64,000 nt of DNA from a virus (lineage: Duplodnaviria; Caudoviricetes), in IMG/VR virus record IMGVR_UViG_2786546905_000002, positions 15,455 to 79,454 of that record. One strand, given 5' to 3'. The notes under the pieces were generated by a model. That model ran no database searches and was not told the origin of the DNA. It saw only the letters and a list, made by a program, of their open reading frames with translations. Position 1 is the first letter of the stretch; each line of letters opens with the position of its first letter. This document shows, in pieces, positions 43,037 to 51,667 of the stretch. The position numbers and the translations under genes were made by a program.

Positions 43037-44704
43037 TTAAGCCGCTTTCTTCGCTGGAGCTTCATTAATTAGCTTGAGGCGGTAGAAGTAATCTTCACCG
43101 TCATACGGGTGGATTTCACCGTAAGCCAATTCATAAAGTGTGTTGCTTGCTACAAGGTTCTTACCGATGCTGTGCGTGTACATCGTTGCAGCGATTGCGT
43201 CACCTGCTACGTAGCCTGCTTCTGAGTGAGAATCACCACGGCCATAACAAAGCATTTCCATGGTGCCGATAACCACCGGTGCTTCGTACACTTTCCACAT
43301 GCCAAATAGACGGCCTGCGTAGTGAATAGAGTTCTTCTGACGGTAGTTTGATGGAGTCACAAAGTATGGTGCGCCAAGCGTTTTCAGGATGTTCGCCGCT
43401 TGGGTGCCTGCGAAGATGCCGCGTAGGCCTGTTGTCTTCGTTTGTTGCAGGATCTTCGTAGAAATGTTCAGTAGCACTTCGTTTAGGCGCTCACGGTGCA
43501 GTTTCCAGTCTTCACCAGCTTCTACGTACAGGTTGAACGTTTCTTCACGCTTACAAGAGAAATTCATATCGTTTAGGTGGCGAACTGATTTCTCTGCCGC
43601 TAGCGTGTTACGCATGTGAGACGTTTGCATTGACTTGATATCAATTTTGAATTCACGTTGCATTGTGAACATTGCTTGAATCGTTGCATCTGCAGCTACC
43701 GCGTTTTGACGTGGGCGCAGCGTCATTGAATCCATTTCATGTTCGATAGTCGGGATAAGCTCTGGCTTCTTCTCGATATCGACTTCAAACTCAGCGTGAA
43801 GCTCAACACCTGTTGGTAGAGCTGTAGCCGACGCCGTAGTCACATCGATCTTGCCTTTCACGTAATCCACGTCACAGTTGAATACGATCTCTTCGCCAGA
43901 CTGCAGCTTGTACTTGCCGCTCATCATGCCGCCTTTCGAATCCATATCGCGACAAACGCGCTTACGGTCAACGAATAGAGACACTGACGTCTTAGTGAAT
44001 GGGATTTCAAAGTCTGTGTGTTTGAGATCCGTTTTCGTACTGAACGTGAATTTCTTCTTAGAGCCGTCTGGGCGTTGACCGGCTGCGAACTCATAACGTT
44101 GGCGCATTGACGTGTACTGGCCAACCGTTGTTTGGTCGATTTCAGTACCCACTTGGAAGTCACCGAAGTTAGAGCCTGTTTTACGGTACACTTTGAAGAT
44201 CTCAACTTCGGTCGTGTTTGCAGGCATCATCGTTACTGCGTCTAGTGTTGCTGTTTCTAGCAATACAGGAAGAACGATACCCACCATACGAGCGCGAATT
44301 TCGACACCTTCTGACGTTGATAGTGACTGGCCAATCGACTCAAGCATCATTTGACCCATGTTGCCGGAATTTGAACGGCCCTCTAGGCCCATCATGTTTT
44401 CCATTGTGCTGTACGCACTTGCTAACACTTCGTCGCGAGGCAGCTCACCGTGAGATTTTTCGTACTCACGTAGTGCCGACTGCATGCCCGAAACAATACC
44501 GATGGATTGATCTTGAGTTAGGCCTGAAAGCATTGAGTCTTTGCTGATCGCTTCCAGCATTGCGTCTGCACGCTCGCCATCGTCTGTTAGAAAGACGCCG
44601 GTTTGCGCGTTGAATTGCGAATCAAGACATAACGCACGCATAGATTGACTTAGCTCTGCGATTTTGGAAATTCGCTTGTTAAATGATTCTTTTTTATCTG
44701 ACAT
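43037..44704 (-). CDS. 23: Major capsid protein
   Basis: RADAMLEAI, PRDEVLASA, MMLES, LPVLL...DAVT resemble P1 gp23. Confidence 0.9.
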   Translation of the reverse strand: MSDKKESFNKRISKIAELSQSMRALCLDSQFNAQTGVFLTDDGERADAMLEAISKDSMLSGLTQDQSIGIVSGMQSALREYEKSHGELPRDEVLASAYSTMENMMGLEGRSNSGNMGQMMLESIGQSLSTSEGVEIRARMVGIVLPVLLETATLDAVTMMPANTTEVEIFKVYRKTGSNFGDFQVGTEIDQTTVGQYTSMRQRYEFAAGQRPDGSKKKFTFSTKTDLKHTDFEIPFTKTSVSLFVDRKRVCRDMDSKGGMMSGKYKLQSGEEIVFNCDVDYVKGKIDVTTASATALPTGVELHAEFEVDIEKKPELIPTIEHEMDSMTLRPRQNAVAADATIQAMFTMQREFKIDIKSMQTSHMRNTLAAEKSVRHLNDMNFSCKREETFNLYVEAGEDWKLHRERLNEVLLNISTKILQQTKTTGLRGIFAGTQAANILKTLGAPYFVTPSNYRQKNSIHYAGRLFGMWKVYEAPVVIGTMEMLCYGRGDSHSEAGYVAGDAIAATMYTHSIGKNLVASNTLYELAYGEIHPYDGEDYFYRLKLINEAPAKKAA

Positions 44705-44736
44705 GAAATAAACCTTAGTTACTTTTTAAAAAAGCT

Positions 44737-44745
44737 GTTCGGAAT
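44737..44745 (-). promoter_or_regulatory. ATTCCGAAC motif upstream of the capsid gene
   Basis: Exact copy; on minus a TAATGT hexamer ends 2 nt before it. Confidence 0.55.
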
Positions 44746-44991
44746 GAACATTAGCCACCTGCATGCGGCGTTAAAATTGTTCAATTTCCGATAGTAATTA
44801 AGATTTAAACTGAAAAAAATAGCCCGATTTTGTGCTTTAACTTATTGTAATTAAAAGAAAAGTTAACAAAAGGTAGGGGTTGATTAACAGGTAACTGTGA
44901 GAGGGGGTTTGATGGCTGATCGGATGACGATGAGGTTTTTAGATGTGGGCGGGGAACCCTGATTAAAAAAATCAAAAAAAAAATTACGAGA

Positions 44992-45333
44992 TTAGAGCGT
45001 ACCCGCAATAATGCCGACAAGGTGCTCTAAGAGCTCAGCAGAATCGATAGCTGCATCTGGGAGTTCGATACCCATAAACGCTGCCGCGATATCACGGATC
45101 ACCCAGTTATAAACGCCAGTGATGGCCAAGGCCCACATGATCGCTGCGCGGCCTGTTCGTGCCAGTGGGTTGTTGCTCAGTGATGCGATGAGCTCCATTT
45201 TGACATGGAACTGTTGGCGCTCTTCGTCAGACGTGAACCATGAGTCACCAAGTTCTTTGGTTTCTCGGATCACCTTGCTTAGTGAGTTGTTCGTGCCAAA
45301 TAGGCCACCTAGTTTACCTAGTAGTGCTTTCAT
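44992..45333 (-). CDS. Holin-like membrane protein (GTA 3TM holin-like)
   Basis: FTSDEER then hydrophobic RAAIMWALAITGVYNW; coupled to the amidase. Confidence 0.55.
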   Translation of the reverse strand: MKALLGKLGGLFGTNNSLSKVIRETKELGDSWFTSDEERQQFHVKMELIASLSNNPLARTGRAAIMWALAITGVYNWVIRDIAAAFMGIELPDAAIDSAELLEHLVGIIAGTL

Positions 45334-45881
45334 TGTGTTACCTCGTTTAGTACATGGTCGGCCAGCGCTCCAGCGATCACATTAGCTAGCTGCTCGCGTA
45401 GCGTAAGGCCCAGTTTTAAAGACTCATCATTTGAGAGAAAGAACGGCTCCAGAATCACCGCTGGCATGGCGGTTTTCTTTAGGAAGTACCAACCTCGATC
45501 CCCTTTCTTAATAGCCTTAAGGCCACGGTTTCGCTCATTGAGTAAGCCGTGAATTGGTGTCTGTAGTCGTGCTGCTAACGCTTTGCTGGCCTTGGATGTG
45601 TGCCAGTGCAACGTTTCAGCCCCTTTGGCGTTTTTGTTCTTCGCGCCGTTACAGTGAAGCTCGATAGCAAAGTCAGCGTTGGTGGCATTTACGTCTTTCA
45701 CCATGCCGCTATAGCTTGAGCCTCGATACATGATGATCGGACGGACATTGCGGCTATGTAGACGCTCGGCAATGTGACCCGCCAATACATGGTTGAAGTC
45801 ATATTCGTTCATTTCGGCGTTCGGGTTGTAACAACCGCCGTCAGCATGACTATGACCCACAACGATACAAACAGTTTTCAT
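45330..45881 (-). CDS. N-acetylmuramoyl-L-alanine amidase (Amidase_3) endolysin
   Basis: Zn-ligand motifs VGHS, E, ELHCN; KGAE; PAVILEPFFLSN. Confidence 0.88.
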   Translation of the reverse strand: MKTVCIVVGHSHADGGCYNPNAEMNEYDFNHVLAGHIAERLHSRNVRPIIMYRGSSYSGMVKDVNATNADFAIELHCNGAKNKNAKGAETLHWHTSKASKALAARLQTPIHGLLNERNRGLKAIKKGDRGWYFLKKTAMPAVILEPFFLSNDESLKLGLTLREQLANVIAGALADHVLNEVTQ

Positions 45882-45899
45882 GTTAAGTCTCTTTTAAGG

Positions 45900-45927
45900 T
45901 TGCGTTGTTCGGAATAGAGTATATAAT
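45900..45927 (+). promoter_or_regulatory. Sigma70-like promoter divergent from the endolysin gene
   Basis: TTGCGT-N16-TATAAT; GTTCGGAAT lies in the spacer. Confidence 0.55.
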
Positions 45928-45931
45928 CCCA

Positions 45932-46015
45932 ATCTCCTAGACATCCTTAATTAAGATATTTTCAGTTCCATGCTAACGGTTCTTTAGCCAAGCCTAACCC
46001 GCTTGGCTTTTTTTT
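45932..46015 (+). ncRNA. Candidate ~80-nt small RNA
   Basis: Promoter upstream; terminator agccaagc-ctaaccc-gcttggct+T run works only on plus; no ORF longer than 5 aa; 5' CTCCT. Confidence 0.45.
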
Positions 46016-46358
46016 ATTCTGCGTTTTCTACCTCAAACCCATTTCTTTTAAAATAAGTCTTTGTTGACGCCAGCGTCTTGTATGGAATCTCAAATGATGC
46101 CGAAACATTCCGGTTGTTAAACAGGTAAAAAATGCCACCTTTCTCGCTTGGTGAGACTCGAACCTCATCAAAAATCACATGCACCAAAGGACTTTTAAAC
46201 ATGGCCTTACCTGATTCGGTGTAGTTCTTGATTACAATAAAGCTACGGTTTGTGTATGCCTTGCAGTAATAATTGAATGCCATGTATGCAGCGAATAAGG
46301 CTGCAGTGGTAGCAATAGCAAGGATATACGATGGAATAGTAATTACCGTGTTAAACAT
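46014..46358 (-). CDS. Hypothetical membrane-anchored protein
   Basis: N-terminal hydrophobic helix. Confidence 0.6.
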   Translation of the reverse strand: MFNTVITIPSYILAIATTAALFAAYMAFNYYCKAYTNRSFIVIKNYTESGKAMFKSPLVHVIFDEVRVSPSEKGGIFYLFNNRNVSASFEIPYKTLASTKTYFKRNGFEVENAE

Positions 46359-46407
46359 TTCTCATCTTCTTTCATCTATTTGGTTCGGATTGGTAGTGTA
46401 ACAAAAC

Positions 46408-47166
46408 TCAATCTAACGGATAGACTTCTTTTACCGCATCCATGATCGCGGGGTTGTTTAATTGATTCTCCCCTATCGTAAAGTCGACGGCCTTTTTGAA
46501 GTACGTATGTGCAGTGACACGTTCAGCGTGGGCGCTTGTGGTCATGGTCCCGATCACTCCTGCAGGCGTGGCCATGGTACCAATGAGCGGCTGCAGTTCA
46601 CTGGCAAGGGTGGCTGCTTGGTTCTTGAGGTGTTGCGGTAGGTTAGGCTTAGAAGAGCCCCCACCACTATCACTGCCACCACTATCACTCGGCTTGGCCA
46701 AGATCCCGTTAATCTGCCCCATAAGAGACACAATTGGCGACTCTTTGGCCTTAACCGGTTTCACGGAGTTCTCCAGCGCGATTAGCTCAGACTTGCTCAA
46801 GATTGGCTGCAGGGAGGGCGCAGGCGTATCGTTGGGAATCGACTCTAACAGTCGATAGATTTCCACGCCCATGGCCACGGTGTTGAGTTCTTCTGGTTTC
46901 ATGGCCAGAGCGATGTACCCATTCCAAGCATCAAGCTTACCGTGAGCGTCTGTAAGCTCACCTGACAACGATGTAATTGCGTTCGTGAGTGATTGCACAC
47001 CACCAGCAACATAGTCGGCGTCATCGTCCATACACGCAGAAAACGACGCCATCATTGCTGCCACGTCAGCCTTAATAGCTTGGCCTTTCGTTAGGTTAAC
47101 GGCTTGGCCAATACCGCTACTTTTTGCAAAGCGCTTAAAACGCGCTAAATCTTTCTGTTGGATCAT
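46408..47166 (-). CDS. upfB: UpfB-like protein
   Basis: Helical protein with a GS-rich linker directly after the PAAR gene, as for P1 upfC-upfB. Confidence 0.55.
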   Translation of the reverse strand: MIQQKDLARFKRFAKSSGIGQAVNLTKGQAIKADVAAMMASFSACMDDDADYVAGGVQSLTNAITSLSGELTDAHGKLDAWNGYIALAMKPEELNTVAMGVEIYRLLESIPNDTPAPSLQPILSKSELIALENSVKPVKAKESPIVSLMGQINGILAKPSDSGGSDSGGGSSKPNLPQHLKNQAATLASELQPLIGTMATPAGVIGTMTTSAHAERVTAHTYFKKAVDFTIGENQLNNPAIMDAVKEVYPLD

Positions 47167-47170
47167 TGCC

Positions 47171-47455
47171 CTACCCTACGTTAAATCTAGGTTCGCCACT
47201 GACGACGGTATCACCACAAGCGGTACCATCACCGACTAATACAACCGGCTGGCCATATACCAGCATTTTGCTAGAGCCTAAAACCACACTGCCATGAGGC
47301 GGGGATTTTGGCTTTACGTGCGGTGCGATAGCGTGTCCGGTGGTCGCGATTGGTGAACCGTAGATCTTGAACTGGCCATTACCCCCGACAACAACGGTCG
47401 GATGGAATCCACCATGGCCAGAGGTGGTGGATCCTTGTTTTGCTGCAGCTGCCAT
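47171..47455 (-). CDS. upfC: PAAR spike-tip protein
   Basis: SGHGGF, H...HG, VGDGTACGDTV. Confidence 0.8.
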   Translation of the reverse strand: MAAAAKQGSTTSGHGGFHPTVVVGGNGQFKIYGSPIATTGHAIAPHVKPKSPPHGSVVLGSSKMLVYGQPVVLVGDGTACGDTVVSGEPRFNVG

Positions 47456-47464
47456 AGCTTTTCC

Positions 47465-48226
47465 TTACTTAAAGTCGTAACTGGACGCTTTACCCGTCAC
47501 ATTGTTTGCTTTGAGGTTCAGACTTCCACCAGCCTCAAGATTCAAATCACCTCCCGCTTTCACGGTGGTATCACCTCCACTTTTGAGCGTCCCATTACCG
47601 CCGCAATTGACGGAGGCATCTCCTGACACTTTGATTTCAATCTCGTTGTACTGGCCTAAGTGCTTACCGGTCGCGCTCTGGAACTGATCGCCCTCGGTGT
47701 GTATGACGCACTTACCATCGGGTGTTATCTCGATGGCGGTACCCGTGGCCACATGAGTGATGGACCAACCGCCTTGGTGCGTTTTGTGCTCGCGCAGACC
47801 TAAACGTTGGTAGAGATCATCTTTGCGGTCATACGCTGGTGGCGTAGGTTCTCCAGCTGAACGCTTGGGTGCAAATACGGGCTCATTTACATCGTCAGGC
47901 AGGTTTGATTCATAATTTGGCGCATGATAGAGGCTGCCAGTAATGAGCGGATAGCGAGTATCACCGCCACGCGGGAACGACACCCAAACAAGATCCCCAG
48001 CTTCGACCGGTACAACATGACCAGCGCTTGGTTTTGCCCCTAGAGGGAGTCGAAACTCAGCAAAAGGGAGATCCTTATCGGGGATATCATCCCAGAGCTT
48101 AAGCAAGCGAATTGACACCATGTACAGGCCTTTGGGATGGACCACATCCACGACTTTAGCTTGGTAATCGCCTATTAGCCGGTTGGTTACGTTCGTGCGC
48201 TTTTGGTTTGAGTAATCATCACTCAT
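47465..48226 (-). CDS. 5: Baseplate central spike (gp5/VgrG-like)
   Basis: YQAKVV...PKGL, GDLVWVSFP.GD.RYPLI, beta-helix GGD repeats. Confidence 0.85.
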   Translation of the reverse strand: MSDDYSNQKRTNVTNRLIGDYQAKVVDVVHPKGLYMVSIRLLKLWDDIPDKDLPFAEFRLPLGAKPSAGHVVPVEAGDLVWVSFPRGGDTRYPLITGSLYHAPNYESNLPDDVNEPVFAPKRSAGEPTPPAYDRKDDLYQRLGLREHKTHQGGWSITHVATGTAIEITPDGKCVIHTEGDQFQSATGKHLGQYNEIEIKVSGDASVNCGGNGTLKSGGDTTVKAGGDLNLEAGGSLNLKANNVTGKASSYDFK

Positions 48227-49194
48227 AAGTTCTTTACTCCAAGCTCAATACGGCACTGGTACCGGTTGCCCTTTTGGTAGTGTGTGACACGGTTGATGAT
48301 CTGCAGCTCTGGCATGGATTCATCAACTTCACTTTGTGGTAACTGCTTGTGAAGAATCACAGAGCACACAGCGATAGGTTTAAATTGAGTGTGACCGGTT
48401 AGCTCAACATCAATCACTGGGATGATGCCTATTGACTGGTTGTTGAGTGCCTTGATTTGGTTCACGCTGATCAACGTTGCTGGGCCGGTACCGGATTCAC
48501 TCATACCTGTTACCGTGTCCCACGTAGCGTAATTTCGGTTGAGAACGCGCTTAAATAGATCCTCTTCACCAATAATTGAATATCGGGCAATAGAGTGCTC
48601 GGCGTTCTCTGGGTTCGAGTGCTCCAGCTTAAAGGCCTCGGTCATGGCCAGCTGCTTAAGTGACTTGAAATACAACGTGCCACGGCAGATAAAACAGACC
48701 GCGCCATAATCGCGAGCCATAGAGCGAATTAGTCGGGATTTGGTCCCACCTGCGTTAAGGTGGTAAGTCGCGCCTTTCTCAAACGTGTCACAATCGATTT
48801 TTAAGTGAGGCAGTAACTCGGACAAGATATCCTTGGGTTGCATTTCCACAAAGAACCGCGCTTTCACGCTAGGCTCTTTCAGGTTCTTAGCGTCTTTCTG
48901 AAAGGCTTCAACCTCCAGCAAGCCGTCTTTCACTGGTGCTCTGGCAACGATGAAACGCTCAATCCATACGCTATCACCGCGCTCGTTCACGTCGGCAAAG
49001 GTGATCTCAACTTCGGCCCCAATTCTAAGCTCGTAGTTATCTCGATAGATGCCTGCTTGGTCCTGTACGTTCATCACAAGCTTATTGCCATCCATAGAAG
49101 CCACCTCGATGTAAGCCAGTTCGCTAACGTGCTCCACCAGCACATCATTACCGTTAACCTTAACGCTCTGGACTAAGAAATATTCTTTACTCAA
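48223..49194 (-). CDS. 6: Baseplate hub protein gp6-like
   Basis: TYHLNAG, ARDYGAVC. TTG start at 49194 with GGAGG RBS overlaps the gene 24 stop; preferred over the track start 49317. Confidence 0.78.
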   Translation of the reverse strand: MSKEYFLVQSVKVNGNDVLVEHVSELAYIEVASMDGNKLVMNVQDQAGIYRDNYELRIGAEVEITFADVNERGDSVWIERFIVARAPVKDGLLEVEAFQKDAKNLKEPSVKARFFVEMQPKDILSELLPHLKIDCDTFEKGATYHLNAGGTKSRLIRSMARDYGAVCFICRGTLYFKSLKQLAMTEAFKLEHSNPENAEHSIARYSIIGEEDLFKRVLNRNYATWDTVTGMSESGTGPATLISVNQIKALNNQSIGIIPVIDVELTGHTQFKPIAVCSVILHKQLPQSEVDESMPELQIINRVTHYQKGNRYQCRIELGVKNL

Positions 49195-49948
49195 GGTGGC
49201 GGCCCTCCCTGATCTCCAGACGGCCTTGAACGTGCTCAAGCGATTCGGATTCATAAACCTCAGTGATAACCTCGAAGCGCATTGTTGAGGCAAACAGGCG
49301 CGTGTTTTCGTGGTCAATTTCTGCAGGTTCGCTCATCACGTCTTTCATGCCGGTTAACTCAATCGCGATATCTACAGGCAATTCCGATATCATCGTTTTC
49401 GCCTTGAATACATGCGGTCGGCCTTGCTTTTGGTGGCGGCTCCACATCATGACACCTAGAGCAATACGGGATAGTGTGGACTTGTTCCAAGCTAGGAACG
49501 TGAGCGAATACGTTAGTCGAACGAATGACTTATTTAGGCGATAAAGTGTCTTGTCGTTCTTGTCTGTAATTTCAGAGAACCCAGTAACATCGGTGTAGTC
49601 ACTGCCATCGGTAAAGCTAACCGTTGGATCACGACTAATGTAACCGGTAGGCAATAACTCGTTGCGCTCTTGCTTGACCTTTTTCCCGACTTTGGCCGAT
49701 AGCTTCATAAGAAACTCTTGAGGGCTTTGGAACTCACCAGAGTAAAGCTTGGTGTTAGGGGGGCGTTCGGTCATCCGTGCGAACTCTTGGTTCTCTTTTC
49801 GCGCCTTGTCCGTAACAATCAGCGAGTGGACCACACTTTGAAAGAATGAGCCGACCGCACGATCAATATCGGTCAGTTCGGTATGCTCAACCTCACCTGT
49901 AAATCTCTTACTGCTAAACGGCAGCTCAATGATCGACTCATCCGTCAT
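49187..49948 (-). CDS. 24: gp24-like tail completion protein
   Basis: DIDRAVG...NQEFARM; position between 7 and 6. Confidence 0.6.
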   Translation of the reverse strand: MTDESIIELPFSSKRFTGEVEHTELTDIDRAVGSFFQSVVHSLIVTDKARKENQEFARMTERPPNTKLYSGEFQSPQEFLMKLSAKVGKKVKQERNELLPTGYISRDPTVSFTDGSDYTDVTGFSEITDKNDKTLYRLNKSFVRLTYSLTFLAWNKSTLSRIALGVMMWSRHQKQGRPHVFKAKTMISELPVDIAIELTGMKDVMSEPAEIDHENTRLFASTMRFEVITEVYESESLEHVQGRLEIREGRHLE

Positions 49949-49950
49949 GA

Positions 49951-50580
49951 CTAGCCCTCTTTTGCTGGTTTAGTGCGGGGCTTTTTAGGTGCACGCTTTT
50001 TAGGTGCCTTTTTCGCTGGTGTAGGCTCTGGCGCGACAACCGGTTCTGACAATGGAAGCTCATCGATGTTGTCCATATGGTAGAAACGACGGCCCTTAAC
50101 CATGGTGATGGCCTTGCGCGAGCGATGCAGTGTCACATCGAAGCGGTGAAAGTGCTGGTGGACTTTGGCCACATAATCAGACACTAATTCATTGCGGTGG
50201 TACCCGTCTTCACCTGATACAGCTTGACCGGTACCGTCACCCTCATCGATGTGGATAACGCACGCGTCAAAGTCGAGCTTGGCCAGCTGGGCCATAGTTG
50301 CGTCCAAATCGTCGGATAGATTGAGTACGTTGGCACACAGAACCACATCAAAACGCTTTTCAGAGCCCTTGATGGTTTCAATGTCAGTGATCACGTCAGC
50401 TTCTAAAGAATCAGGATCGAAGTTAGTCACAGTCATGACTTGGTTGTGAAAGTTGGTGATCTCTGGCAATCGATCATTGCCAAAAAGTAGAACGTGCTTA
50501 GCGTAGCTCCAATTAGGTGCTAGCTGCTGCAGAATCTCAACCACAGCGGAAGCCGGTAGACGGCTATTGTGTTGTGTCAC
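49951..50580 (-). CDS. Class I SAM-methyltransferase-like fold with a Lys/Pro-rich tail
   Basis: VTNFDP, FDVVLCANVLN; motif I is degenerate (VLLFGND). Confidence 0.45.
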   Translation of the reverse strand: MTQHNSRLPASAVVEILQQLAPNWSYAKHVLLFGNDRLPEITNFHNQVMTVTNFDPDSLEADVITDIETIKGSEKRFDVVLCANVLNLSDDLDATMAQLAKLDFDACVIHIDEGDGTGQAVSGEDGYHRNELVSDYVAKVHQHFHRFDVTLHRSRKAITMVKGRRFYHMDNIDELPLSEPVVAPEPTPAKKAPKKRAPKKPRTKPAKEG

Positions 50581-50672
50581 GGTGTCACTCCTTAGTGGAA
50601 TGACGTTAAATGAGCGGGGAACTCAATGCTTTCTATTCTGTTTCAATTACAGAAAAAATGCCACCAGCACGA

Positions 50673-51008
50673 TTAAGCAAACTGGGGTTCAAACCGGTAT
50701 TGATTATCAACCATGATCTTCACATCACGGTCGAGCAATGTAATGTGCAGCTTCTTGGCCAGCGCATACTCAGCAACGGCACCATCGGACCGCTCCCAGC
50801 CATCGAGCAATACGATATGAGTCGCACAGCGCACCATGGCCATGCAGATATCCATGTATTGGGATTGGCGCAGGCCAGCCGGTAGCATAGCTGGGTTAAG
50901 GACGATGTAACCCATTTCGGTCAGTTCGGCGGCCTTAGCGTTAAAAGCGTCGTGGTTAAGATTAGGCATATCCGTCATTGGTCCAGCGATATAAACGACC
51001 TTTTTCAT
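50673..51008 (-). CDS. DUF4406 / nucleoside deoxyribosyltransferase-like protein
   Basis: VYIAGPMT, VLNPA, LLDGWERSDGAVAEY. Confidence 0.85.
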   Translation of the reverse strand: MKKVVYIAGPMTDMPNLNHDAFNAKAAELTEMGYIVLNPAMLPAGLRQSQYMDICMAMVRCATHIVLLDGWERSDGAVAEYALAKKLHITLLDRDVKIMVDNQYRFEPQFA

Positions 51009-51667
51009 AGTTCTATGATTCCTTGTTCTTCGGTATTTTCTTCCCTAATTAGGTTTTCAGTTTTCCTAATTAGGTTTTCTGTATCTTCGTTTGTGGTAGG
51101 CGCAATTGCGGGTTCTGGCTCCTCAATTGCGGATTGAGATTCATTGTTTGGGTTAGCGTCTGGATCGGTTTGATTAAAGTCGCGCATAGGCACGCAGATA
51201 TACAAAACACCGATATTGGATGTTCCATAGCCCACGGCTTTATGTACGTACCACCAAACCGTGCGTATACCGCTGGCGGCCTCTTCGTCCCACTCAAGGA
51301 CCGAACCTATTGGGATATCATGGGCGGCCACTTTGAGCACAAGCGGATCGATAGACTCCCCTAAGTTGTCCTCACCATCGGCCATCATAAAAAAGCTCTC
51401 TTGCTCGTCTGGACAATCCAGCACGGCCACCAGCTCTGGCTCACTGTAAGTCAGCTGATCTTGGTGAGTATCAAGCTCAATCACAGACGACTGTTCGTAG
51501 TTTCCTTGCTCTTGGCTCGCTTTGACCTCAATTGGTCGGTAGAGGTGTGCATCGAAGTTATCTGGATCCATTTCAATGGCTCTTATCCAGTCTTTGCGAA
51601 GCATGGCGTTATAGGGTTCATGCCCTTTGAATCTGGGCTTTCTGGTTTTCTTTACTTGCTCGGTCAC
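51005..51667 (-). CDS. 7: gp7-like head-tail joining protein
   Basis: LTYSEPELVAVLD, IGSVLEWDEE, WWYVH..GYG. Confidence 0.8.
   Translation of the reverse strand: MTEQVKKTRKPRFKGHEPYNAMLRKDWIRAIEMDPDNFDAHLYRPIEVKASQEQGNYEQSSVIELDTHQDQLTYSEPELVAVLDCPDEQESFFMMADGEDNLGESIDPLVLKVAAHDIPIGSVLEWDEEAASGIRTVWWYVHKAVGYGTSNIGVLYICVPMRDFNQTDPDANPNNESQSAIEEPEPAIAPTTNEDTENLIRKTENLIREENTEEQGIIEL

Noticed and set aside
44716-44724. TAGTTACTT resembling the P1 late operator AAGTTACTT
   Set aside because: Single mismatched copy only 12 nt from the start codon, too close for a -22 element.
49195-49317. Track's longer N-terminus for gene 6
   Set aside because: It overlaps gene 24 by 130 nt; TTG 49194 has a GGAGG RBS and standard coupling.
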